A stretch of 64,000 nucleotides of DNA. Origin: Candidatus Rifleibacteriota bacterium. Lineage in GTDB: Bacteria; Muiribacteriota; Ozemobacteria; Ozemobacterales; Ozemobacteraceae. The notes beneath the pieces are model-generated. The model searched no databases, was not told the DNA's origin, and saw only the letters and a list, made by a program, of their open reading frames with translations. Positions 1 through 8,959 of this stretch are shown here, one piece after another (the first letter of the stretch is position 1; every line of letters begins with the position of its first letter). The position numbers were made by a program, and so were the translations under genes. The stretch is taken from positions 66,264 to 130,263 of the forward strand of contig JADFZL010000018.1 in assembly GCA_015232575.1 (NCBI GenBank), given 5' to 3'.

Positions 1-2
1 TT

Positions 3-377
3 GTTGAAGGTGGAATTCCGCTGGTAGAATCACTCAAAGTTGTTCTTCAGTCAATCGGAAATGTTGTAATAAAAGACAGGCTTAATCCGCTTTCTGAACT
101 GCTGAATAAAGGCGATTCCTTTTCGGCTTCTTTGAGAAAAATACCAGAGATTCCTCTTGCATTGACAAAAATGGTGCATGTCGGAGAAGAATCGGGAAAC
201 CTTCCGGAAATGCTTAACGGTCTGGCAGACCACTACGACGAAGAGATTGATGAATTAACAACAACACTGACATCTCTGATTGAGCCGGCATTGTTTCTGT
301 TTCTTGCTTTGATAGTTGGTTCTATAATTATTGCACTTCTGCTGCCGGTGCTTTCTGCAGCATCAAATATAAGATGA
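3..377 (+). CDS. pilC: Type II secretion system F / PilC family inner-membrane platform protein (5'-truncated by window edge)
   Basis: The frame is open from base 3 (VEGGIPLVESLKVV...). It has the GspF-domain motif MVHVGEESGNLPEML...IEP followed by a C-terminal hydrophobic helix, and lies directly upstream of a PilB/GspE ATPase. Confidence 0.85.
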   Translation, partial: VEGGIPLVESLKVVLQSIGNVVIKDRLNPLSELLNKGDSFSASLRKIPEIPLALTKMVHVGEESGNLPEMLNGLADHYDEEIDELTTTLTSLIEPALFLFLALIVGSIIIALLLPVLSAASNIR

Positions 378-401
378 AAATTTAGAAATAAGAGAAATAA
401 C

Positions 402-2291
402 GTGAATTTGTACAAACACTTTCTTGTTGAAAACGAGTTAATTTCAAGTAAAGATGCCGCCGAACTTGAAAAAAATGCGACTTCTGAAAATAAGGCTTTT
501 TTTGATGCAGTCCTTGATTCTGCAAAAGTTGACGAAAAGAAACTTAAAAAAGCTTTTGTACGATCTTTCAAACGCAAACCCTTTTATCAGGTTCTGATCG
601 AACAAAATCTTATCACACTTGACGAACTTAAAAAGTTCGAAAATGTACTTGGGGGAATTCCTTCAAATCTTGGAAACATTCTCGTTGAAAAAAAAATAGT
701 TTCAGAAGAAGATTGCGCTCGAGCTCTGGCAAAGGAACTCGACCTGCAATTTGTAGATCTGACATCCTTCAAAATTGATGAAAAAGTTTTCAATTCAGTA
801 GACCTGGCATTGATGAGAGATTTCAGCTTTATTCCAGAAAGCAGAAACGACAGCGAGATAGTTCTGATTATGGCAGAACCTGGAAATGTTGATCTGATCG
901 AAGACCTGGAATTACGAATCGGTCTGCCAATTGTTCCAAAAATTTCAACTGCAAAAGCAATTCAGCGACTGATTGCACTCATGGTTGAAACCAGTCTTGA
1001 TTCAAAGATGGTTTTCTCTGACCTTGATTCAGTTCCAAAACTTGAGCTTATAGAAGAAAAAGAAACAGATGAATCGCAATCGACTGCTTCAATTCCGCAG
1101 GTGCTTGGCGAAGAAGCCCCTGTAATAAGGCTTGTAGACTCTATTATTCTAAAAGCTGTCCGAAAAAGAGCAAGCGATATTCACTTCGAAGTTTATGAAT
1201 CACAACTCAAAGTAAAATACCGAATCGACGGAGTATTATTCGAGATCCTATCTGATGTTGAACCAAGATTTCGCGGAGCAGCAATTTCAAGACTTAAAGT
1301 TATGGCACAACTTGATATTGCTGAAAAAAGAGTCCCTCAAGATGGCAGGTTCAAATTGAAAATAGATGAACGATTTGTCGATTTCAGAGTCTCGGTTCTG
1401 CCATCAATTTTTGGAGAAACAGTTGTTTTAAGAATATTAGATAAATCAGCATTGGGGCTAGATTTGAAAAAAGTTGGCCTTGATGGAAATGATCTTATCA
1501 CCTTTCACCGGAATATTCGAAAACCTTACGGAATGATTTTAGTTGCTGGTCCAACGGGTTCGGGAAAAACAACTACGCTGTACTCAGCCATCAAAGCAAT
1601 TCACACACCTTCAGATAAATTTATTACAATTGAAGATCCGGTTGAGTACCAGTTGCCTGACATTGTACAAATTGCGGTTAACGAAAAAAAGGGGCTTACA
1701 TTCTCAGCGGGATTGCGCTCGATAGTAAGACAGGACCCCGATAAAATAATGGTAGGCGAAATCAGGGATCCGGAGACAGCCCAGATTGCTGTAAATGCTG
1801 CTTTGACAGGTCACCTTGTTCTTTCAACAATTCATGCAAATAATGTTACTGACGCAATTTCAAGACTGATAAACATGCGCATTGATCCGTATGAATTCGT
1901 TTCATCATTCAATCTTATCCTCTCACAGCGCCTCATCAGAAAAATCTGTCCAAGTTGCAAAATAATCGATGAAACAATTTCTGAAGACCAGAAAAAACTC
2001 ACTCCCGATTTGAGCCTTCATTCAAAAGCGCAGTTTTTCAGGGGTTCCGGTTGCAGATTCTGTCATCAAACTGGTTATCAAAGCAGAACTGGCATTTTTG
2101 AGGTTGCAGAAATGTCTCCAAAAATCAAACAGATGATTCTGTCGAGAGCTTCACCTCTGCTTATTAAGAAAACAGCTATTGATGAAGGGATGGTTTCTCT
2201 CAGGCAGGCCGGCTGGAAAAAAGTTGAGGCTGGTGAAACCACATTCGAGGAAATGAACAGGGTAACATTTGAGGAGGGAATACTGGAATGA
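402..2291 (+). CDS. pilB: GspE/PilB family secretion/pilus assembly ATPase
   Basis: RASDIH, IAEKRVPQDGR, Walker A GPTGSGKTT, TIEDPVEY, RQDPDKIMVGEIRD, TGHLVLSTIH, and the tetracysteine CPSC...CRFC motif. Confidence 0.93.
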   Translation: MNLYKHFLVENELISSKDAAELEKNATSENKAFFDAVLDSAKVDEKKLKKAFVRSFKRKPFYQVLIEQNLITLDELKKFENVLGGIPSNLGNILVEKKIVSEEDCARALAKELDLQFVDLTSFKIDEKVFNSVDLALMRDFSFIPESRNDSEIVLIMAEPGNVDLIEDLELRIGLPIVPKISTAKAIQRLIALMVETSLDSKMVFSDLDSVPKLELIEEKETDESQSTASIPQVLGEEAPVIRLVDSIILKAVRKRASDIHFEVYESQLKVKYRIDGVLFEILSDVEPRFRGAAISRLKVMAQLDIAEKRVPQDGRFKLKIDERFVDFRVSVLPSIFGETVVLRILDKSALGLDLKKVGLDGNDLITFHRNIRKPYGMILVAGPTGSGKTTTLYSAIKAIHTPSDKFITIEDPVEYQLPDIVQIAVNEKKGLTFSAGLRSIVRQDPDKIMVGEIRDPETAQIAVNAALTGHLVLSTIHANNVTDAISRLINMRIDPYEFVSSFNLILSQRLIRKICPSCKIIDETISEDQKKLTPDLSLHSKAQFFRGSGCRFCHQTGYQSRTGIFEVAEMSPKIKQMILSRASPLLIKKTAIDEGMVSLRQAGWKKVEAGETTFEEMNRVTFEEGILE

Positions 2292-3370
2292 GTTTTTTCA
2301 CCCAGTTTAACGTTCTTGATATCGGAACTCACAGCTTGAAATTCTTTTCGCTTGACTCCGGAAAATATAATCAGGGATATAAAATTCGGGACTGCTTTTC
2401 TGAAAATGTATCATCTGGTCTTATTGGCGGAGGTTTTACTAATCCGAAAATTTCTGATTTGTACAAGTTTCAGAACCTCCTGGAGCAGGGATTTTCAAAA
2501 GTTTCAAGATTCAGGGAAGGCTTCTTCATTGCAATTCCTGACAGATGGGTGAAATTCCAGATGCTTGAAACCGAATTGTCGGACGAAGAAATCGCTTCAT
2601 CAGAATACCTGCTGTGGAAATTGAAAAAGAAGCTCATGCCTGCACCGCTTCAATTTGATTGTGTCGTCGATTATCAGATTTTTTCTATCACTGAATCAAA
2701 TGGAAAAAAAACAGCAAAAATAATGGCTGGACTTATTCACAAAGATATTATTGAGGTTCTTTCGACAGTTTTCTGCAGACTTCGCGTCGAGGTAATTTCC
2801 TTTGATTCATCAACGATGGGAATATACAATCTTATCGAAGAAATGCATCCGGACATGAGTATCGACAGAAATCTTATTGTGTGTCACATTGGTCATGAAA
2901 CAACAAATATTAAAATATATGTCAAAGGCTTACTAGACTATGAACGTGTAATAGAAGTTGGCGGGGAATATTTCGGAAAAAAAATCAGTGAACTGGAAAA
3001 TATTTCCTACAGCGAAGCTCTTAAAATAAAAGAAACAACAAAATATTTTCCAGTAACCGGAAGAGAAATACTTTCTGCAGTAATGAGAAAGGGAATTATC
3101 GAAAAGATATTTGGAAACTGGCTCAGAGAGCTTCAGGTAACATTTAAATTTTATCAGGATAGAACGCGTATCTCAAAACTTCCTCAGATATTCCTTTCTG
3201 GAGGCTCATCTCAATTCTACGGACTGCCTGAATTTCTTTCAGAGTATTTCGAAACACCATGCACCCTTTTTAATCCATTCCGCGGACTTCCTCTTGACAA
3301 AAATCTCTCAGAAGATATTTTGCAGATGGGTCCAATGTTCGCACCCAGTCTTGGAATATTAGTAACATAA
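2288..3370 (+). CDS. pilM: PilM-like (actin/FtsA fold) pilus alignment protein
   Basis: LDIGTHSLK, HIGHETT and IFLSGGSS actin-fold motifs; the start overlaps the pilB stop (ATGA). Confidence 0.8.
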   Translation: MSFFTQFNVLDIGTHSLKFFSLDSGKYNQGYKIRDCFSENVSSGLIGGGFTNPKISDLYKFQNLLEQGFSKVSRFREGFFIAIPDRWVKFQMLETELSDEEIASSEYLLWKLKKKLMPAPLQFDCVVDYQIFSITESNGKKTAKIMAGLIHKDIIEVLSTVFCRLRVEVISFDSSTMGIYNLIEEMHPDMSIDRNLIVCHIGHETTNIKIYVKGLLDYERVIEVGGEYFGKKISELENISYSEALKIKETTKYFPVTGREILSAVMRKGIIEKIFGNWLRELQVTFKFYQDRTRISKLPQIFLSGGSSQFYGLPEFLSEYFETPCTLFNPFRGLPLDKNLSEDILQMGPMFAPSLGILVT

Positions 3371-3374
3371 CAAT

Positions 3375-3953
3375 ATGAAACATCTTTTTAACTTTCTTCC
3401 GACTGAAAAATTCAGAGCAAAAAGTTCTTTCCTTTTCCGCCTGATTATTTCAATGCTTTATATTCTTCCTCTTTTGAAAGCAATGATAATCGGATACGAA
3501 TGGATGGAGCTGAGCAATCTTTCGCGAAATCTGGCATCATTTCAAAGTGCCATAGAAACACATGACAAACTAAATAGAAGTTCAACACAGTTTCCTGTAA
3601 AGGAAGTTCAATCGAAAAAGAATATTCTGATTGAAAAGCTGAAAAACTTCTACAGGGAAACCGGTCGAACTTTATTCTCATGGGACAATTTTTTCTCTGA
3701 TCTTGAAAAAGTTCTTCCCAACGACGCGAACATTCTTAGAATATCGATGAAGCCTGACTCTGCGCTTCTGGTAACAATTGAAGGAATGGCAGGAAGCGTA
3801 AAATGTGTTGCAGATTTCATGGATTCTCTGTTCAAACACGAACGTTTTCAGCATCCAGTGTTGATAAGACATGTATTACAACAGGACGAAAAAGATTCCG
3901 AAAAAAGAGATAGAATCAGATTTTACCTTGAGGTCAGATATTACTCAAGATAA
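3375..3953 (+). CDS. pilN: PilN-like protein
   Basis: N-terminal FNFLP (cf. the PilN INLLP motif), one TM helix, a coiled region, then SWDNFFSDLEKVLP...IEG; follows pilM. Confidence 0.7.
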   Translation: MKHLFNFLPTEKFRAKSSFLFRLIISMLYILPLLKAMIIGYEWMELSNLSRNLASFQSAIETHDKLNRSSTQFPVKEVQSKKNILIEKLKNFYRETGRTLFSWDNFFSDLEKVLPNDANILRISMKPDSALLVTIEGMAGSVKCVADFMDSLFKHERFQHPVLIRHVLQQDEKDSEKRDRIRFYLEVRYYSR

Positions 3954-3964
3954 AAGATATAAGC

Positions 3965-4070
3965 TGTCCGCAGATTTTCAAGATCAAGAAATAGAAAGAT
4001 AAAGGAAAAGAAAAAAGAAAAGATTTTTGTCCGCAGATTACACAGATTACGCAGATTTTCATGATCAAGA
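3965..4070. repeat. Short direct repeats of a CGCAGATT / CACAGATT unit
   Basis: TGTCCGCAGATTTTCAAGATCAAGA at 3965-3989 and TGTCCGCAGATTACACAGATTACGCAGATTTTCATGATCAAGA at 4028-4070, separated by a purine-rich spacer. Confidence 0.7.
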
Positions 4071-4115
4071 TTTGGATTTGGAAGTTGGATATATGAAAAG
4101 AATTGCTTATTTTGC

Positions 4116-4216
4116 TGTCATTTCGACCGAAGGGAGCAATTTCTTAGCATTAGCGTCGAGTTTGTACATGGCTTTACATGATTTTTCTGAGATCTCTCCC
4201 TTCTGTCGAGATGACA
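4116..4216. repeat. REP/MITE-like palindromic element with 21-bp inverted arms
   Basis: TGTCATTTCGACCGAAGGGAG (4116-4136) and CTCCCTTCTGTCGAGATGACA (4196-4216) are reverse complements at 19 of 21 positions. Confidence 0.75.
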
Positions 4217-4296
4217 ATGAATAAAGTATTTACATATCAAAAAACGGTTCCACCCGTATTAAACAACAGTTTTTTTAATAGCATGGAGAAAAAGTT

Positions 4297-4836
4297 GTGA
4301 TTAACGTTACTGAGCAAAAAGAATTGCGCGAGAAATCGGTTCTTCCGCTTATTCTCGGTTGTCTGATATTTATGTTCTCTTTTTACCTGTTTACGAACGA
4401 AAAGGCAGAAATCGCTGAGTCTGAAAAAAGTATCGATTCAGTATTGAAAAAGTTCAGAAAAACAGTTTCTCAGAAAATTGAGTATGATCGCCTTGTTGAA
4501 AGCTGTTTAATGCTTGATTCAAAAATGAAGGAATTTGAAAATTCTCTTCCAGCGGAATCTTCAATTCCGCAGATAATTACTTCAGTCGCATCGTTGTCGT
4601 CTGAAGCCGGGCTGACATTGTCTTCAGTTAATTATTCAATTAAGCGCGAGGAAGAAGCCAGAAAGGAATTCTTTCCGTGGTTGAAAATGGAAACCGATCT
4701 TTCCGGCGAGTACCATCTTCTAAGAAAATTCATTAAATCGCTTGATTCATACAATGTATTTCCAGTTGAAATTACTCTTACATCTGAAAAGAAATATCGC
4801 GTAAAACTTCTGAAAATGTTGAGACCTGAGGCATGA
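4297..4836 (+). CDS. pilO: PilO-like protein
   Basis: N-terminal TM helix, coiled coil, SLPAESSIPQII...EAGL and LSGEYHLLRKFI (PilO G-x-Y motif); position after pilN. Confidence 0.7.
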   Translation: MINVTEQKELREKSVLPLILGCLIFMFSFYLFTNEKAEIAESEKSIDSVLKKFRKTVSQKIEYDRLVESCLMLDSKMKEFENSLPAESSIPQIITSVASLSSEAGLTLSSVNYSIKREEEARKEFFPWLKMETDLSGEYHLLRKFIKSLDSYNVFPVEITLTSEKKYRVKLLKMLRPEA

Positions 4837-5459
4837 GTACAAAAATAAAAAATAAATCAAGACTTGATGTAGTAGACACAGAAATTCAGAAAAAGCACGA
4901 AAAGAAAGTACTTTTTTTTCTTCTTTTTCTGCTTTGTATTACATTTATTTATGAGTACCACAGTTCGTATTTCATCAGGGCACTTACTTCAATAAATGAA
5001 GTACCTGTTAATGATCGTATAAACAGAAAGTCCTGTAATGGTTATTCTGTAGCACAAAGCGTAGCTGTTGACTTTAAACAGGTTATTCATAAACTTTTTA
5101 AATCAGGTTTCAAGTCACAAAAACGTCTTGAATCTATTATTAATAACTTTGAAAAAGAAATTGAGACTTGCATTTTGAATCGTTCAAATAAAAACACCGG
5201 TCTTTCACAGTTAAAAACTGCAGTAGAACGCTTTTACTGGAATCTTTCAAACTTCGTATTGTTTTATTCCGAAAAAGATGAAAGCACTCTAATCAACGAA
5301 TTCATCAGGGAATCATCATCAAAACTGGCTCTGGTATTACCATTGAAATTCAACGAAACCGACTTCCTTTTGAATTGCAATTCCCAACAAATGAAATCAG
5401 AAAATACCTCCGACTTCAAGCGAGACATTTTCCAGGAAATTAAAATTTCTTCTCAATAG
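4833..5459 (+). CDS. Hypothetical bitopic membrane protein, last gene of the pil cluster (PilP position)
   Basis: 208-aa ORF overlapping the pilO stop (ATGA), with one hydrophobic segment (VLFFLLFLLCITFIY). Confidence 0.6.
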   Translation: MSTKIKNKSRLDVVDTEIQKKHEKKVLFFLLFLLCITFIYEYHSSYFIRALTSINEVPVNDRINRKSCNGYSVAQSVAVDFKQVIHKLFKSGFKSQKRLESIINNFEKEIETCILNRSNKNTGLSQLKTAVERFYWNLSNFVLFYSEKDESTLINEFIRESSSKLALVLPLKFNETDFLLNCNSQQMKSENTSDFKRDIFQEIKISSQ

Positions 5460-5487
5460 TTTCTGGCATTTTCCAAAGCCTGCGCAA

Positions 5488-7380
5488 TTAAACCCTGAAG
5501 ATATCCATAAATAGCCTTGCGTTGAGAAGGTTGAAGACGAATTTACTCAGATGGTTTGGATAATAATCCTGGTCAAGCAGTTTTGTGAGTTTTTCAGTAT
5601 TGAGAAGTTCAAACACCGGGTTATCTTTTTTCAAAAGATATTCCTGAAATGACTTGTCTTTCAAATCAATAATCGAATTAATCGAAGCATTAAAACCTTT
5701 TTTTCTTCTGTCCAGCCTGACTTTGTCATTTAAAATACCTTTGACTGACTCTCTCAGAATGTATTTCGCGTACCCATCACGAATGAGAAATTCCGGCGAA
5801 ACGGAAAACATATATGAGAAAAGCCGTGAATCAAGATATGGACTTCGGTTTTCCACTGAATATTTCATTGAATTCAGGTCTTCTTCATGAAGAACAACCG
5901 GAGTTGTTTCGACAAACAACTCGTTAAGCATCCTGTTTCTCAGAAGCGATTTACAATAACTGTTTTCAGAAAATTCAAGAGGAATTTTGTATTCAGATAA
6001 CAATTCGTTTTGAAAATCAAAGTATTCCAGAATCTCATTGCACCCATCGAAAATATGGTCCCTGAAATTTGGATTTTCGAAATACAATTCCGGATTCTGA
6101 AAAAATGGATTTCTTACCTTTGGAAGAATATTTTTCTGCCAGTCACTCAAGTATGACTGATAATCAGGATGCTTGCGCATTTCAAACAGATGCAGCAGAA
6201 AATGATCATAATAGCCGGTAAAAAATTCATCTGCGGCTGTTCCTGAAAAAGCTACTCTGAACCCTGAGTTTGAAATAGCTTCTGCCAGCATTGAATGAAC
6301 ATAATAAGTAATAGTGGCAATCGGGGAATCATGATATCTTATAAGCTCTCTCAGGCGGTTCAGATCGGGTCGGGGCGAAAGCAAAATCTGATGATTTGTA
6401 CAACCAATATCTGCAACAGTTTCATCGATGTTGTCTTTTTCATTGTATCTTTCATCCGAATCGATAATTGAAAAAGTTGTTATTTTTGAATTGAAACACT
6501 TTACAGCAATGGATGCAAGCGCAGAAGAATCGACACCACCGCTTAGACAGAATGCCAATGGTACATCTGAACGCAATCTGATTCTAACACTATCAAGAAG
6601 TTTTTCACGTACAACACCTGTTATTTCTTGTAGAGATACTTTTTTATCACCAGCAATTTCCCCTGAAGCACTTCCGGAAATGTCTGGTTCCCAGTATTTT
6701 TGAATTCTTAATTTCGCAGGAAATTCATTTTGTTCAAGGCTGATTGAAAGATTTTTCGCAGCGGGCAATTCATAAATATCATTAAAGAATTTATCCTCTG
6801 TTTTGTACAATGATTTATAGCCATAAATAAGATAACGCAAAATGTGGTTATAATTTATTTCAAGTTTTTTCTGAATAAGATTTCTGATAAACTTTACTTC
6901 TGATCCGAAGTAAAAACCATTCTGATCGGAATAGTAATACAATGGTTTTTCTCCGAATCGATCGCGTGAAAGGAACAGCTCATTTTTTTCGGCATCAAGT
7001 ATTGCAAAAGCCCACATTCCCTCAAATTTACCAACACACTTCTTTCCATAACGAATATAGCTGGTTAAAAGCACTTCAGTGTCGGAATTTGTGTGAAAAG
7101 CGCAGCCATCATTTTCGAGTTCTTTTCGAAGTTCAAGATAATTGTAAATCTCTCCATTAAAGATCAGAAAATAATTTCCAATCTGAAAAGGTTGATTTGA
7201 TCGAGCATCCAAATCAATAATAGAAAGCCTGCTATGCAAAAGACACAAATTTTTGCCACAAATATTTTTTCTGATCACTCCATGGCAATTCGGTCCCCTG
7301 CTGTACATCGATCCAAGAACAGTATCAAGAGTGAACTGTTCCAGATTATATCTGCCAAAATATCCCGCTATTCCGCACAT
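5488..7380 (-). CDS. asnB: Asparagine synthase (glutamine-hydrolysing)-like amidotransferase, probably sugar-amidating
   Basis: MCGIAG Ntn N-terminus, RGP, HSRLSIID, FNGEIYN, RDRFGEKPLYY, LSGGVDSS, VENRSPYLD. Confidence 0.9.
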   Translation of the reverse strand: MCGIAGYFGRYNLEQFTLDTVLGSMYSRGPNCHGVIRKNICGKNLCLLHSRLSIIDLDARSNQPFQIGNYFLIFNGEIYNYLELRKELENDGCAFHTNSDTEVLLTSYIRYGKKCVGKFEGMWAFAILDAEKNELFLSRDRFGEKPLYYYSDQNGFYFGSEVKFIRNLIQKKLEINYNHILRYLIYGYKSLYKTEDKFFNDIYELPAAKNLSISLEQNEFPAKLRIQKYWEPDISGSASGEIAGDKKVSLQEITGVVREKLLDSVRIRLRSDVPLAFCLSGGVDSSALASIAVKCFNSKITTFSIIDSDERYNEKDNIDETVADIGCTNHQILLSPRPDLNRLRELIRYHDSPIATITYYVHSMLAEAISNSGFRVAFSGTAADEFFTGYYDHFLLHLFEMRKHPDYQSYLSDWQKNILPKVRNPFFQNPELYFENPNFRDHIFDGCNEILEYFDFQNELLSEYKIPLEFSENSYCKSLLRNRMLNELFVETTPVVLHEEDLNSMKYSVENRSPYLDSRLFSYMFSVSPEFLIRDGYAKYILRESVKGILNDKVRLDRRKKGFNASINSIIDLKDKSFQEYLLKKDNPVFELLNTEKLTKLLDQDYYPNHLSKFVFNLLNARLFMDIFRV

Positions 7381-8207
7381 GTTTTCACTGAATACTTGCC
7401 TTTGTTATCGATCTGAAGTTTTCCGAACGGCATATCGCAATCATGGGTAAAGAAAATTTTACCATTTTTATTAAGAATAAAATCAAGTATTTTCTTTTTC
7501 TCATCTATCAGCAATTCGGGATAACGATCGTATCCCATCGTAATTGGACAATGCACCCACGGCGAAGCTGGAATCAGATCTGAAATAAACACCGTTGGTG
7601 AATTATCCGGAGAAATAATTGATATGAGTAATCCAGGTGTATGCCCATTTGAAATTGAAAATCGAACTCCTGAAATTGGCGACTCTGAAGATTCAGTTGA
7701 AACAACAGTCAGCCTTCCGGAATCTTTCAGCATTTGATTCAATTCAGGAATATAAGACGCGCGATCCCGAAGATGCGGACTAAGCGCACGCTTGAACTGA
7801 ACATCACTCACAACGAATTTTGCTTTCGGAAAAAGCAGTTTGAAACTTCCGTCGCTCAGACGCTCAAGCAAACCGCCGGCATGATCAAAGTGAAGATGCG
7901 ACAGAACAACAAAATCAATTTCATCATGCGGAAAACCTTGTTTTTCAAGATTTTGTACAAGAACATTTTCCGCTTCAAGAACTCCATAACGTTCACGCAA
8001 TTTTTCTTCAAAAAAGTTCCCGATTCCAGCCTCAAAAAGAATCTTCCTGCCATCATCATCAACCATCAATAATCCGCGGCAGGCAAGTCGAATTCTATTT
8101 CTATCGTCTGGCTTCGCCCATTTCTGCCAAACTTCCCTCGGCGAGTTCCCAAACATGGCACCGCCATCGAGCTGTTGAACATTACCTTCTATTGAGTGTA
8201 AAATCAT
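7368..8207 (-). CDS. MBL-fold metallo-hydrolase (YtnP-like)
   Basis: LDGGAMFG N-terminus, SHLHFDHAGG metal-binding motif, GHTPG, and a C-terminal HD. Confidence 0.88.
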   Translation of the reverse strand: MILHSIEGNVQQLDGGAMFGNSPREVWQKWAKPDDRNRIRLACRGLLMVDDDGRKILFEAGIGNFFEEKLRERYGVLEAENVLVQNLEKQGFPHDEIDFVVLSHLHFDHAGGLLERLSDGSFKLLFPKAKFVVSDVQFKRALSPHLRDRASYIPELNQMLKDSGRLTVVSTESSESPISGVRFSISNGHTPGLLISIISPDNSPTVFISDLIPASPWVHCPITMGYDRYPELLIDEKKKILDFILNKNGKIFFTHDCDMPFGKLQIDNKGKYSVKTCAE

Positions 8208-8280
8208 ATTTCCCTACCTGTAAAAAAGTTTCATAATTATACCACCGAAAAAGATTAGTGCATAGATTCTCAAAATATTT

Positions 8281-8310
8281 TTGACAAGAATTTTCCGGAT
8301 GTGATAAAAT
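8281..8310 (+). promoter_or_regulatory. Putative sigma70 promoter for the antitoxin/toxin module
   Basis: TTGACA (8281-8286), an 18-nt spacer, and a TG-extended TAAAAT (8305-8310), about 100 nt upstream of the ORF at 8412. Confidence 0.5.
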
Positions 8311-8411
8311 CACTATAACTGCTCTTATTAAGCCGAATTTGCATTAAAAGTGCGCGTGCTCTTGTTAAAAATATAGTTCTTGAGGTTAAATGAAAGGAAT
8401 TATCAATAATT

Positions 8412-8633
8412 ATGATTCAAACAATTGAAGCCGTGATAGGCGTTGATGGCAAAGTTCGTTTGTTGTCACCTCTCAGATTGCCTTACGCAAGACGAGCGCT
8501 CGTTACAATTCTTGAAGAGAAGCCTAACAAAGTTCTGCTCGATTCGACTCTTTTAAGTGAATCTGCACTAGCCGAAGACTGGAACAAAGCGGAGGAGGAC
8601 GAAGCTTGGTCACACCTTCAGCAGGAACAATAG
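8412..8633 (+). CDS. Small putative antitoxin
   Basis: 73 aa ending LSESALAEDWNKAEEDEAWSHL, a tail typical of small proteins encoded upstream of PemK/MazF toxins; overlaps the toxin start. Confidence 0.75.
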   Translation: MIQTIEAVIGVDGKVRLLSPLRLPYARRALVTILEEKPNKVLLDSTLLSESALAEDWNKAEEDEAWSHLQQEQ

Positions 8634-8950
8634 TTCTAGTTACTTTTCCATTTTCTGATTTATCAACGACAAAACTGTGACCCGCGCTGATAATTGCAAA
8701 TTCAGATAAAGGTGATTGGATTCTTTCTCAAATTACAAGCAAACCCTAATCTGATCCGAAAGCTATTACGCTGACAGATACAAGCTTTGAAACTGGTTCA
8801 TTGAGAATAACCAGTTACGTAAGGCCCGGAAAGCTTTTCACTGCAAATAGTGTCATTATGACAGAACAAGTTGGCAAGTTAAAAAATGAAATTCTGAAAA
8901 ACATAGTTGAGTCGATAATCACAATTTTGAAAAGTGGACTCGAAAACTAA
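8606..8950 (+). pseudogene. mazF: PemK/MazF family endoribonuclease toxin pseudogene (two in-frame stops)
   Basis: Manual translation from TTG 8606 (SD GGAGGAGG at 8591-8598): MVTPSAGTIVLVTFPFSDLSTTKL*PALIIANSDKGDWILSQITSKP*SDPKAITL...SYVRPGKLFTAN...GKLK. The FPFSD, KxRP, QITS and GKL motifs match PemK. Stops are TGA 8678-8680 and TAA 8747-8749. Confidence 0.85.
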
Positions 8951-8959
8951 GTGACTTTT

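Noticed and set aside
4027-4224. 65-aa ORF MSADYTDYADF...
   Set aside because: It is a translation of the direct-repeat and palindrome elements, has a TTG start without a clear SD, and resembles no protein family I know.
5488-7380. Lasso-peptide cyclase interpretation of the AsnB homologs
   Set aside because: Both AsnB-like proteins retain the N-terminal Cys glutaminase domain, and no B1/B2 proteins or precursor peptide are present.
8606-8950. Stop-codon recoding (alternative genetic code or selenocysteine) to rescue the MazF frame
   Set aside because: The frame has both a TGA and a TAA, and TGA ends many ordinary genes in this window. Pseudogenisation is the simpler explanation.
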